Positions 9,836 through 19,380 of a DNA stretch of 64,000 nucleotides are shown here, piece after piece. The DNA is taken from the IMG/VR virus record IMGVR_UViG_3300042009_000023, positions 25,357 to 89,356 of that record; one strand, 5' to 3'. The DNA comes from a virus. Taxonomy: Duplodnaviria; Caudoviricetes. The position numbers and the translations under genes were made by a program. The stretch's first letter is position 1, and each line of letters begins with the position of its first letter. Under the pieces are notes generated by a model. That model made no database searches. It was not told the origin of the DNA and worked only from the letters and a program-made list of their open reading frames with translations.

Positions 9836-10357
9836 ATGGCAGATGCTCTGCTTGGCAACTATTCTCCAGAATCAGTTGTTGTTGTATTAAGTAAAGGCGA
9901 CTTCTTACACACAATTCAAGGTTATGCTGATGGCACTTTCCTGAATATTAGCCGTATTACCCCAGCCTCCGAACTTTATGTCGGAAGTGACTTGTCAGCC
10001 GGGAGGGTTAAACGTCGTAATAAAGCTTCAACCATTGCACTAACACTCCATCAGTTCAGTCCATCAAACTCTGTACTGCAAGCCCTTCAGCGAGCAGATG
10101 AAGAAGACGATTCAGACCGTTGGGTGGTAGCTATGACAATCAAGGATAACAGCGGCACAACCCTGTTCTCCAGTAATCAGGCTTTTATTGCAACTATTCC
10201 AGATACAAGCCTCTCAAGCACTACTGAAACTCGTGACTGGACATTCCAAGCGGTTAGCCTCAACTCCAATGTTGGTAGTAATACCCGCTTTGACCAAGCT
10301 GAAGTTGCAGCAATGGAAGCTCTTGGTGCTGAAGTACCTACTCGTTGGCAGTTGTAA
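9836..10357 (+). CDS. Tail tube protein (DUF3277-like)
   Basis: NYSPESV, GYADGTF, TIALTLHQFSPSN and RDWTF motifs; follows the sheath. Confidence 0.8.
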   Translation: MADALLGNYSPESVVVVLSKGDFLHTIQGYADGTFLNISRITPASELYVGSDLSAGRVKRRNKASTIALTLHQFSPSNSVLQALQRADEEDDSDRWVVAMTIKDNSGTTLFSSNQAFIATIPDTSLSSTTETRDWTFQAVSLNSNVGSNTRFDQAEVAAMEALGAEVPTRWQL

Positions 10358-10368
10358 GTAATAATATT

Positions 10369-10394
10369 GAGGGTAATGAACTTACCCTCTTTCC
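10369..10394 (+). terminator. Terminator after the tube gene
   Basis: GAGGGTAA-TGAAC-TTACCCTC followed by TTT. Confidence 0.65.
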
Positions 10395-10409
10395 ACCAAG
10401 GAATATTAA

Positions 10410-10913
10410 ATGACTCAATTAGCTACTTATATTCCAGAGGAAGTTAACGTTCTGATTGGTGGGTTGCTTCCAATATCTGGTTTTGTAGATGGAACTTTCT
10501 TAGAAGTTCGTAAAGATATTATTCCCTTCACTTCTACCAGAACACCAGATGGAACTGTTGCACGACTCTATAATAATGACCAAACCTATACAATTACACT
10601 AACGCTTTATAGTGGTAGTGATTCAAATGATGTACTAACTAAATTCTGGCAGTTAGATGAGATTACCCAGCGTGGTAAATTTCCTCTCATGATACGTGAT
10701 TCTAGTGGTAGTGACATGTTCTTCTCAACCACCACATGGATTGAATCCCCAGCTTCTATTGTTAAAAGTAATAACTTTGACAGTCGTACTTGGGTGTTAA
10801 GATCCTCACAAGCAGTTATCAACATCGGTGGTAACGGGGATGCAGCTTCTATTCTCGGAAGCTTGGTTAATCTTGCAATCTCAGCAATCCCAACTATTGA
10901 GGGTATTATCTAA
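10410..10913 (+). CDS. Tail tube-like protein (paralog 2)
   Basis: YIPEEVNVLIGG...SGFVDGTF, TITLTLYSGSDSND, RTWVL; same motif pattern as the tube. Confidence 0.7.
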   Translation: MTQLATYIPEEVNVLIGGLLPISGFVDGTFLEVRKDIIPFTSTRTPDGTVARLYNNDQTYTITLTLYSGSDSNDVLTKFWQLDEITQRGKFPLMIRDSSGSDMFFSTTTWIESPASIVKSNNFDSRTWVLRSSQAVINIGGNGDAASILGSLVNLAISAIPTIEGII

Positions 10914-11410
10914 TGGCTAATACCTTTGACGTGAAGACGTATAGTCCTTCCGAAGTCCAGTTGGTTATTGGTGGGTATCAAGTTACTGGCTGGCAATCAA
11001 TTAGTATTACCAGATCAGTTAAAGGGTTCACCGTAGTTCGTGGTATCCGTGGTAAGAACACTCGTGTACCCAATCGTGATACATCAGCAACACTTACTTT
11101 TCCTATTCTTCAGTCCTCACAAAGTAATGATGTATTGTCTTACATTCATGAGCTTGACTTAGAAGAAGGGACTGCAAGGATTGCACTAACACTTAAAGAC
11201 AACTCTGGTCGTTCCGTATTTAACTCCAACGAAGCTTTTATTATTGGCTACCCTTCGGCCACCTTCTCTGGACAGTTTGAATATAGAAACTGGGAAATCT
11301 TTTGTCAAACAACCGATACGTTCAAGGTTTATGGGAACTCCCGGCCCAGTACTTCGTTGTTTGACGGTGCTTTGAATGAAGCTACTAGCTTTGTTGAAGG
11401 TTTGTTTTAA
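10913..11410 (+). CDS. Tail tube-like protein (paralog 3)
   Basis: YSPSEVQLVIGG, LTFPILQSSQSND, LKDNSG, RNWEI. Confidence 0.7.
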   Translation: MANTFDVKTYSPSEVQLVIGGYQVTGWQSISITRSVKGFTVVRGIRGKNTRVPNRDTSATLTFPILQSSQSNDVLSYIHELDLEEGTARIALTLKDNSGRSVFNSNEAFIIGYPSATFSGQFEYRNWEIFCQTTDTFKVYGNSRPSTSLFDGALNEATSFVEGLF

Positions 11411-11431
11411 TTTAATTCTGAGATAAAATAA

Positions 11432-11752
11432 ATGGCAGCTCCAAAATTTGAAGTACTTGAACAAACAACTATTACAGTTGACGATATTGATTACCTTGTA
11501 ACAGCAATGCCTGCAACTAAAGGTTTGATGTTTATTGAAAAGCATCAGGCAGCTATTGATGAAGGTAAGGCTGACCTTAGTCAGATGAAACAAATCATCT
11601 GCAACTATGTCTCCAAAGAGAATATGCAAATCACTGAAAAGTCTTTTGATGTATTCTTCTCCCGGAAGTATGCACACCTCAATAAGCTTTACAAAGAGGT
11701 GCTGAATTTTAACTTCGAAGAACTTTTTCAGGCACCCGGTACAGAAGAGTAA
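11432..11752 (+). CDS. Tail assembly chaperone (G-like)
   Basis: 106 aa between the tube genes and the tape measure gene. Confidence 0.7.
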   Translation: MAAPKFEVLEQTTITVDDIDYLVTAMPATKGLMFIEKHQAAIDEGKADLSQMKQIICNYVSKENMQITEKSFDVFFSRKYAHLNKLYKEVLNFNFEELFQAPGTEE

Positions 11753-11763
11753 TTGATAAGTCT

Positions 11764-12006
11764 GTGTCGGGAGGAACAACAGTTCCAACACCGTTAGAAA
11801 AAGAAATTGATAAGACTTTCTCTCAGCACTGGAGCATCTACAGGATTGCCATGCATGAGAAAGGTGGTCTTGAGTTAGCTGTTGAGATGGAGTGGAAATA
11901 TTCTACACGGCAAATGCTGAAACTCCTTGAATTCCTTGATGTGTACGATGCTTTAAGTAAGCAAGCATTTGATAAAGCTAAAGCTGATAAAAATAAACCG
12001 AAATGA
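11764..12006 (+). CDS. Tail assembly chaperone C-terminal part (T-like), probably reached by a -1 frameshift
   Basis: The -1 frame is open from 11713 and has no convincing SD of its own. See findings. Confidence 0.55.
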   Translation: MSGGTTVPTPLEKEIDKTFSQHWSIYRIAMHEKGGLELAVEMEWKYSTRQMLKLLEFLDVYDALSKQAFDKAKADKNKPK

Positions 12007-12020
12007 CGGAGTAAAATAGT

Positions 12021-13826
12021 TTGGAAATTAGTAAATATTTTGCTTCGTTTTCCATGGATATCAATCAGGCTTCCATTAAGAAGGTTGATGAGACTTTAGA
12101 CTTATTTGAGGCTCGACTTAAGAATTTCGGTAACTTCTCTGTCAACCAGAGAAAGATGAATACAGCTTTAGGTAATGCGTTGGATATGGCAAGTGATAAA
12201 CTTGTCTTTGAGATAAGCAGATTCTCTGTGAATCAAGCCGCACTAAATCGTGATGTTTCTAACGCAATGCTGCGTGCTAGCAATTCAACTTCGTTGAGAG
12301 TTAACCCATTAGTTCCACACGGCGGTGTTCCCTCGGGAGGACTAGCACGTTCTGCTGGTGCTGCTATTGGTGGTGGTTTAATTGGTCGCGGTGTTTCTGG
12401 ATTGTATGGTCCAGCACTAGCATTAGGTTTAGGTGGTTATGGTCTAAGTGCTCTTAACCGACGTAACCAAGAAGTAGTTAGTGCCCAACTTCAAAGTTCT
12501 GCTGTTGTTCAGCAAGCTGGGGGTACGGCACAACAAGGAGCAGAGTCTTTTCAGTACTTGAGGTCCGAAGGGCAAAGAATTGGCTTCAACTACCTCGACT
12601 CTTCTGGGGATTATAATAAACTGATTGGGGGTCTTACAGGCTCCGGTATTGGTTTAAAAGAAAGTCAAAAAGTGTTTAGTGGATTTGCTGAACTTGCCCG
12701 TGTAAACAAACTTGATAAGACAACCCAGAACCGTTTGTTCCGAGCATTGTCTCAAGTGGCGGGTAAAGGTAAGTTGATGTCTGAGGAACTTACAGGCCAA
12801 ATTGCAGAGGCACTTCCCGGTGGTACAGCACTTTTTGCACAAGCTTACCAAGCAAAAATTGGTGGTAATAAAACTGGAACTGAGGCTATTCAACAGCTTT
12901 TAGCTGACATGAAGAAAGGTAAAGTAACCAGCGATATCCTTACTTACGCAGGAGCAAGGGCCAGCGAGCAAGCGAATAAAGGCGGTGCATTAGGTACTGC
13001 ATCTCAAGCATCTCAAGCTGAACAAGCTCGGTATCAAAACGCTGTGAACGATATGGCAGTGCTTGCTTCAGGTGCTGGCGTAGAAGAGGGTTTTGCCCGT
13101 ATCTTTCGTACACTAAACGCGGGTTTGAGTGAGAGCGGTGACCTAGTAAGGATTCTATCCGAAGGCTTTAATGAAGCCACAAAATGGGCGGACGACTTAC
13201 TCTTGTTTCCGCAATCTTTTGTAAGGGCTCTGGAAGGCAAGGATAGCTTGGTTGGTGATTGGTTGGGCATAGATGGCTCAGGTCAACTAGTAGCGGATTG
13301 GAAGGAGATTAAGGTTCTGTGGGAACAAATTTCTGCGATCAAACCTTCTGATCTGTTTGGTAACTTCTTACCTACTGTTGAGGCAACTGCAAGAGAAATT
13401 GCAGGTATTATGAACGCTGTTGCTGCATTTAAAACTTGGAACGACAATGCGTCATCTGCCGCTGATATCGTCCAAGCTGATTCTGCTAGTCGTGGTGATG
13501 GTCCTATTTCAAGTGGCCTCGCTAGTCTATGGGGTAGTATAGCAGGAGCAAGTGCATATATCTCTACACCCTTTAGTGTTGACGAATCTAATCAGTATAA
13601 AGACCAAGTAGCTAATGATTACTCTCGCGGCGCACAAGCAATAGCTGATCAAGAGCAATTGAAAGCAGTGTCCCAGAATTTTGAGTTTCAAATTAATTTG
13701 AATATTGACCCCGTTACAATGGCTCAAATGGATGTTGCTGGTCAAGCTGATGCATTGGCTAACGAGTTTAAAGGGTTGGTTGCAGGCATGTTTGAACAAG
13801 CAAGTGTAAGCTTCCCAACAAAATAA
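12021..13826 (+). CDS. Tape measure protein
   Basis: 601 aa, Ala/Gly-rich. RALSQVAGKGKLMSEELTGQIAEALPG is the TMP_3 core. Confidence 0.9.
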   Translation: MEISKYFASFSMDINQASIKKVDETLDLFEARLKNFGNFSVNQRKMNTALGNALDMASDKLVFEISRFSVNQAALNRDVSNAMLRASNSTSLRVNPLVPHGGVPSGGLARSAGAAIGGGLIGRGVSGLYGPALALGLGGYGLSALNRRNQEVVSAQLQSSAVVQQAGGTAQQGAESFQYLRSEGQRIGFNYLDSSGDYNKLIGGLTGSGIGLKESQKVFSGFAELARVNKLDKTTQNRLFRALSQVAGKGKLMSEELTGQIAEALPGGTALFAQAYQAKIGGNKTGTEAIQQLLADMKKGKVTSDILTYAGARASEQANKGGALGTASQASQAEQARYQNAVNDMAVLASGAGVEEGFARIFRTLNAGLSESGDLVRILSEGFNEATKWADDLLLFPQSFVRALEGKDSLVGDWLGIDGSGQLVADWKEIKVLWEQISAIKPSDLFGNFLPTVEATAREIAGIMNAVAAFKTWNDNASSAADIVQADSASRGDGPISSGLASLWGSIAGASAYISTPFSVDESNQYKDQVANDYSRGAQAIADQEQLKAVSQNFEFQINLNIDPVTMAQMDVAGQADALANEFKGLVAGMFEQASVSFPTK

Positions 13827-13838
13827 TAAGGAGGCTCT

Positions 13839-14624
13839 ATGAGCTTGGCAATCGAGTGGGGCGACTCCTCTATTCAAAACGGAGGCTTCATCTATTGTGA
13901 TGCAGTCTCTAGCTATACCCAAAATTATAAAGGTCAAGTCAGCAAACATCCCATCGACGCTGGCGGAAACATCACAGACCACTACATAAAAAGTAACCCA
14001 ATCTTCACAATCGGTGCTGTAATTACTGGTGTTGATATTTCAACTGGTACTTACTTGATTCAAGATCTGGATGGTAACTCACCTTACAACAGCAACGAAG
14101 CTCCTAATGCTGTCAGCGTAAACTCCACAGACCAAAGCGTTCTGAAGAAGTTTATTCCTGACAGCATTGGACAGTTTCTATCAGATAGTACTCCTGAAGT
14201 TATTGTAGATACAAGACGTGCTGATCTTCTTGAACAAATTAGGCAAGCTCTGATTGATCTTACTGCTGGTGTTGTCTTCAACGATAAGACTGGTCAATTC
14301 GATCCAAGTATTCAGCTTGTGCGTCTGTTTGAATATGATAACACCCTTCTTCGTAAAGTCATTAACAACCTTGTAATGACAAATATCACTTTTAAAGAAG
14401 ATCCTAACACTGGATATGGTTTGTACTGTGACATCACTTTTGAACAAGTTACCTTTGCTTTCTTGAAGAAGACTGTTATCCCAAAAGATGTACAAGACTC
14501 TCTTAAAAAGAAAGCTTCAAGTAAGGCATCTAAAGGCAAACAAGATAGTACACCACAAGATGTCGGTACTGGTGATTCTCCTAAAGACACTGACCCACTA
14601 AGACAGGCAAGGGAAAATGGCTGA
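13839..14624 (+). CDS. Baseplate hub initiator (Dit-like)
   Basis: CDAV...VSKHPIDAGGNITDH motif; follows the TMP. Confidence 0.65.
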   Translation: MSLAIEWGDSSIQNGGFIYCDAVSSYTQNYKGQVSKHPIDAGGNITDHYIKSNPIFTIGAVITGVDISTGTYLIQDLDGNSPYNSNEAPNAVSVNSTDQSVLKKFIPDSIGQFLSDSTPEVIVDTRRADLLEQIRQALIDLTAGVVFNDKTGQFDPSIQLVRLFEYDNTLLRKVINNLVMTNITFKEDPNTGYGLYCDITFEQVTFAFLKKTVIPKDVQDSLKKKASSKASKGKQDSTPQDVGTGDSPKDTDPLRQARENG

Positions 14625-14949
14625 TAAATATATAGCAATGCCTTTGTTTAGTGATGCATATTACACTTACACAATGGCCTTTCAAGGTGACTCCTATATC
14701 TTTGAGTTTATCTATAATGAAAGGGCTAAGTTATACTTCATCAATCTTTATGATGCTGATAACAATCCAATTGTTTTAGGTGAAGCCTTAGTTCCCGGTT
14801 ACCCTTTGTTCTTAGATTATGCGATCTTTCCTCTCACCGGTTTTATTTGGATGGAAGAGAAAGCAGATATCATTAGTGAGCCATATAAAGCTTATCCTGA
14901 TTCTATTGATCAGTACTATAATTTGTTTTACATCTATACGGAAGAGTAA
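14617..14949 (+). CDS. Baseplate protein
   Basis: FIYNERA..YFINLYDADNNPIVLG motif; synteny. Confidence 0.6.
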   Translation: MADKYIAMPLFSDAYYTYTMAFQGDSYIFEFIYNERAKLYFINLYDADNNPIVLGEALVPGYPLFLDYAIFPLTGFIWMEEKADIISEPYKAYPDSIDQYYNLFYIYTEE

Positions 14950-14952
14950 TCG

Positions 14953-15840
14953 ATGGATCTAATTCAGCGCAACAGAGTCTTTCAGTTAATCATTGGAGAC
15001 TTTCAAACTGGCAATGGATTAGAAATCACTGATCTTCAAGTCACTTTTGATATCTCTAAGTCAACAGACAACAAAAAGAAAACAAATAGTGCAGCTATAG
15101 AAGTTTATAATTTATCAACGGAACACATAAAGATACTCGACACAGACTATCCAGCAGCAGTCTTCAGTGCTGGATACTTAGATACTGGTGGTCCTAAAAG
15201 GCTGTTCTCTGGACAAGTGACTCACGTAACTACTCGCAAATCAGGTACGGACAGAATCACCCAGATTACTTTGGGAACTGGATACCAAGAACTGAACCAT
15301 CAGATACTCTCAGAGTTTGTTCCTGAAGGTCAAAATCCTAAAGATGCAGCAAACCGACTGATCAAAGCTATTGGTGCTGATCGTGGTGTATTCAACGGCA
15401 CTAACTTGAATAATCCTCTTATCTATGGATACCCACTAAGTGGCACACCAAAAGAGATGCTTGATGAGTTGTGTGAAAAGTATGCATGTAACTGGCAACT
15501 AGATGATGGTGTTGTTTATATACACGATAACGATAGAGCCAACACAGAAAACTTTGAACAAGCTTATGTTATTTCTAAGTACACAGGCTTGATTGAAACC
15601 CCTTATCGTGTGTCTGGTGATCGTCGTAGGTCTAAGAAAGACAAAGCTAAGAAGCCCGGTATTCAAATGAAGATTCTTCTTAATCCAGATATTAAAGCTG
15701 GAGATATTATTTACCTAGAAGACACATTGATCACTGGCTGGCTTAAAGTTGATTCTTTGAGACACACAGGTGGTTGGCGTTCGTCAGGGTGGTATACGGA
15801 GATTCGTGCATCCAGCCTAGAGAAGGTTGTCAAGTCTTGA
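14953..15840 (+). CDS. Baseplate hub protein (gpD/gp27-like)
   Basis: TFDISKS...NSAAIEVYNL, AGY...LFSG, TGLIETP, LLNPDI..G, HTGG...WYT motifs. Confidence 0.75.
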   Translation: MDLIQRNRVFQLIIGDFQTGNGLEITDLQVTFDISKSTDNKKKTNSAAIEVYNLSTEHIKILDTDYPAAVFSAGYLDTGGPKRLFSGQVTHVTTRKSGTDRITQITLGTGYQELNHQILSEFVPEGQNPKDAANRLIKAIGADRGVFNGTNLNNPLIYGYPLSGTPKEMLDELCEKYACNWQLDDGVVYIHDNDRANTENFEQAYVISKYTGLIETPYRVSGDRRRSKKDKAKKPGIQMKILLNPDIKAGDIIYLEDTLITGWLKVDSLRHTGGWRSSGWYTEIRASSLEKVVKS

Positions 15841-15853
15841 AAGGATTAAACTC

Positions 15854-16621
15854 ATGAGTGCAGAAGCTGTTGCCGCTATTCAAAGCACTATGATGAGTGC
15901 TTTCGATAGTCAAATGAATAACGTTTATACCATAATCCCATGTATCGTAGTTGCTGTGAGAGATGGCCTTAATGGTCAGATGGTTGATATTCAACCCGCT
16001 ATCAATCAGAAAGCTCAAGACGGCACTGTAAAAGAGTACCCCACTATTGGTGGTGTTCCAGTAAGCTTCCAAGTATCCAAGAAAGCCGGTTTTACATTCC
16101 CTATTGAAGTTGGTGATACTGGTACAGCAATGTTCTCCATGAGAAACATGGATGGTTGGAAAGGTGGGAACGGTAGGCCATCAAGTCCTATGAACTTTGC
16201 CAAGATGGATAAAGGAGATGCTATCTTTCTTCCGGGTATTCAACCCCCCGGTGTTGCTGTAAACAATCCAGCAAAGCATGTTCTTACTCACGATACTAAG
16301 GACACCGTGATGTTTGGTAACTTGGGTAGTGTAGAGGCTGAAGTAAGGATTAAGCTAGATGGCAGCATTGAGATTAACACTTCCAATCAGCCAGTGATTA
16401 TTAACTGCTCTGAAGCTACAATCAACGCTACCACAAGTGTAGATATTAACACTCCTTTATTTAATGTGACAGCGGATCAAACCAACTGGATTGGAAATAT
16501 TGATCTACAAGGTTCTTTGGTTCAAACTGGCGGCTATACCCAGACTGGTGTTGCTACTTTCAACGGGATAATTTTCTCTACCCATGATCATATTCCCGGT
16601 CCCGGACCTTCTAATCCTTGA
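15854..16621 (+). CDS. Baseplate central spike (gp138/gpV-like)
   Basis: N-terminal OB-like VDIQP...FPIEVGD.G motif, beta-helix C-terminus, and a terminal THDH (HxH) metal-binding tip. Confidence 0.8.
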   Translation: MSAEAVAAIQSTMMSAFDSQMNNVYTIIPCIVVAVRDGLNGQMVDIQPAINQKAQDGTVKEYPTIGGVPVSFQVSKKAGFTFPIEVGDTGTAMFSMRNMDGWKGGNGRPSSPMNFAKMDKGDAIFLPGIQPPGVAVNNPAKHVLTHDTKDTVMFGNLGSVEAEVRIKLDGSIEINTSNQPVIINCSEATINATTSVDINTPLFNVTADQTNWIGNIDLQGSLVQTGGYTQTGVATFNGIIFSTHDHIPGPGPSNP

Positions 16622-16630
16622 GGAGTTATC

Positions 16631-17005
16631 TTGGATCTATTATTGAATGTTGATACAAACGATGCAGTGTGGGTGAACGGCCCACTCACTAAAGAATTCA
16701 CTACTCAGCCTTTTACTCAAACAGTTGAACAAAGGTTAAGGATTAGACTTCAGACTTTTTTGGAAGAATACTTCTGGGACACCACTTACGGAATTCCCTA
16801 TTTTCAACGCCTGCTGGGCAAGAAGCAAACCAGTAAAGCTGCTGCTGATCTAATTTTTCAAACCAATATCCTAGCAGAAGTTGGAGTCAAAGAGATTGTT
16901 TCTTTCGATTCAACTTTTGTAAATCGTGTCTACTCATTAACTTTCAGAGTTAAAGTAGTTGATGGGACTATTTCCAGTCCAATAGTAATTAACAATATAA
17001 ATTAA
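16631..17005 (+). CDS. Baseplate wedge protein (gp25/gp46-like)
   Basis: RLRIRLQTFLEEYFWDTTYGIPY motif. TTG start after a GAGG SD. Confidence 0.7.
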   Translation: MDLLLNVDTNDAVWVNGPLTKEFTTQPFTQTVEQRLRIRLQTFLEEYFWDTTYGIPYFQRLLGKKQTSKAAADLIFQTNILAEVGVKEIVSFDSTFVNRVYSLTFRVKVVDGTISSPIVINNIN

Positions 17006-17014
17006 GGAATCACT

Positions 17015-18454
17015 ATGGCTGGAGTAACAGATGCTGGCTTTGTTATTAAAAGACTTACTGAAATCTACGGAAGCAAAGCCGCTCTAGCTGTACAGTTGTT
17101 TCAGGATCTTGTGGCTGTCGGTGATATCGTAGATACGGGTCCAAGTTCTATTATCGGACGATTGATTGCTTTAGATTCCCCAAGCGAAGCAGACCTCTGG
17201 GAAGCCGCCCAAGAAGTCTATGCAGCCTTTGACCCAAACTCTGCAACAGGTATTGCTCTCGACAACCTTGTAGCTTATGCGGGCATTACCCGCAAAGAAC
17301 AAACATTTACAACTTCCTCTATTCTTGTAGCTGGCGACACTAACACACTAATCCCTGTAGGACAGACTGTAAGTAGCTCTACAACAGGGGAGCAATTCAC
17401 TACAGTTGGCGCTATTTCTCTATCTCCAAGCAACGCTAGCGGCATCACCGTATCAGTAGTCACCTTACAGAATAGCACAGCTTACACCATCACTTATGCC
17501 AACACAACCACCACTAACACCATCACATATACATCTGATGCTAGTGCTACTGTTGCTGAAATCTTGGCTGGGTTGCAAAGTGTTATTGCTGGTGCTCATC
17601 CTAGCCTAGTATCCTCTGTTGTTGGCACAACCCTTATAATTGATCGTGTTGATATCTTCCAAACTGTAAACTTCACTACTTCAGTTAACCTTGGCATTAA
17701 CAAAGTAAGAACAGTTGGTGAAGTAGTTGCTATAGAATCCGGTATTATTGAACAGCCTGCAAACACCATTGATACCATCCTCACACCAATGCTTGGTTGG
17801 GATAGTGTAATCAACCCAATTGCAGCCACTCCCGGTGAAGATCGAGAGACAGACGAACAGCTTCGTCTTAGGTTTCGCAATGGTAAGTTTGACCGTGCAA
17901 CTAACACACTAGATGCTATTTACTCTGCTCTTATCAATCTTGATAACGTCAGTGAAGTGACTATCTATGAGAATGACACAAGTGTCGTAGACGGTAATGG
18001 TGTTCCTGCACACAGCTTCCTCCCAATTGTTTCTGGTGGTTTGTCTACAGACATTGCTAATGCAATTTGGGATAACAAGCCTGTTGGTATTTTGAGTTAT
18101 GGGAACACTACAGTAAGCATCTCTGATATCCAAGGTTTCCCTCACGATGTTAGTTTCTCTAGGGCAGACCCTGTAGTTGTTTATATTAGTATGGACATTA
18201 CAACAGATGTTAACTTCCCGGCAAATGGGAACGATGCCATCAAATCGGCACTACTGGATTACTTCACTGTGAACTTTGGTACTGGCGATGATGTAATTTA
18301 CAGCCGTCTGTATACGCCTATCAATAGCATTCCGGGCCACGAAGTTAACAGTCTATATATTGGAACTTCTCCTAGTCCTACTGGAGTTGTTAATATTCCA
18401 ATCAGCTTCGATAGCATAGCCAGTCTCAACACCAGTAACATCACCATCACCTAA
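17015..18454 (+). CDS. Baseplate J-like wedge protein
   Basis: ATGIALDNL...GITR, GEDRETDEQLRLR, ENDT...GVPAHS, KPVGI motifs. Confidence 0.85.
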   Translation: MAGVTDAGFVIKRLTEIYGSKAALAVQLFQDLVAVGDIVDTGPSSIIGRLIALDSPSEADLWEAAQEVYAAFDPNSATGIALDNLVAYAGITRKEQTFTTSSILVAGDTNTLIPVGQTVSSSTTGEQFTTVGAISLSPSNASGITVSVVTLQNSTAYTITYANTTTTNTITYTSDASATVAEILAGLQSVIAGAHPSLVSSVVGTTLIIDRVDIFQTVNFTTSVNLGINKVRTVGEVVAIESGIIEQPANTIDTILTPMLGWDSVINPIAATPGEDRETDEQLRLRFRNGKFDRATNTLDAIYSALINLDNVSEVTIYENDTSVVDGNGVPAHSFLPIVSGGLSTDIANAIWDNKPVGILSYGNTTVSISDIQGFPHDVSFSRADPVVVYISMDITTDVNFPANGNDAIKSALLDYFTVNFGTGDDVIYSRLYTPINSIPGHEVNSLYIGTSPSPTGVVNIPISFDSIASLNTSNITIT

Positions 18455-18465
18455 AGGAGAAATAA

Positions 18466-19356
18466 ATGTCTGAGATTTCTCCTTTTGAGATTCAAGATTA
18501 TCTAGAAGTTGCCCGCTCACGAGTGACGGAGCAGTTCAAAGATAAACAGGTCTTTGATTTTTATCTCCAACTCCTCCTCGGCGGAAAGATTGAACTTCAA
18601 GAAGTCTTCCGTCAACTTATGCAAGAGCGCTCTATTGACACTGCTGTTGGCGCTCAGTTAGATATTGTTGGTGAGATTGTTGGTCAACCAAGAGAGCTTA
18701 TTGATACAGCTCTCTTAACATACTTTGCTTATCTTGGTTATCCAAATGCTCAATCTTTCGGTGACTTGGATAACTCAAGTGTCGGTGGATATTACAGAGG
18801 AGTTGATGATCCTCTTGCTGGTAATACACTTTTAAACGATGAGCAATACAGGCTTTTTATCAAAGCCAAGATTATCAAGAATAATACAAACGCTACACCT
18901 AACCAGATACTTGATTTTATTAAGTTCGTATTTGGTAGTGATGTTAACCAACTCGTTGAAGAAGGTGATGCAGCTTACACTTTGCTTATTGGTAAAGAAC
19001 TTACTGATTTTGAGAAAGTGCTACTGACGTATGTGAGCTATTCAAGTGGTTATCCTTCTAGATTTGTTCCAAAACCTATTGGTGTAAGAGTTAATTACGG
19101 GACATTTATCTCTGGGGGTGCTTTTGCATTCCAAGGGGTTCCGGGTGCTAAAGGGTATGGTGATCTTCTCTCAGGTACGTTTGGATATGGCTTAGGTTAT
19201 GGGATGTCTTACGGTGATAGCGATTATGGGTTGGGTATCCCTACTTGGTCTTACACCTATGATGGCTCAACTTTGTATGACGGTATTTTCGATTACATTT
19301 CAATCCCCACATATGACGGAAGTTTTGATGGTGGTAGATATGCCTCTTTGCTCTAA
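18466..19356 (+). CDS. Baseplate wedge/fiber-attachment protein (DUF2612-like)
   Basis: IDTAVGAQLDIVGEIVG, LNDEQYRLFIKAKI, PKPIGV motifs; Gly/Tyr-rich C-terminus. Confidence 0.75.
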   Translation: MSEISPFEIQDYLEVARSRVTEQFKDKQVFDFYLQLLLGGKIELQEVFRQLMQERSIDTAVGAQLDIVGEIVGQPRELIDTALLTYFAYLGYPNAQSFGDLDNSSVGGYYRGVDDPLAGNTLLNDEQYRLFIKAKIIKNNTNATPNQILDFIKFVFGSDVNQLVEEGDAAYTLLIGKELTDFEKVLLTYVSYSSGYPSRFVPKPIGVRVNYGTFISGGAFAFQGVPGAKGYGDLLSGTFGYGLGYGMSYGDSDYGLGIPTWSYTYDGSTLYDGIFDYISIPTYDGSFDGGRYASLL

Positions 19357-19380
19357 AAGGATCTGTCCAAGGACAACACA

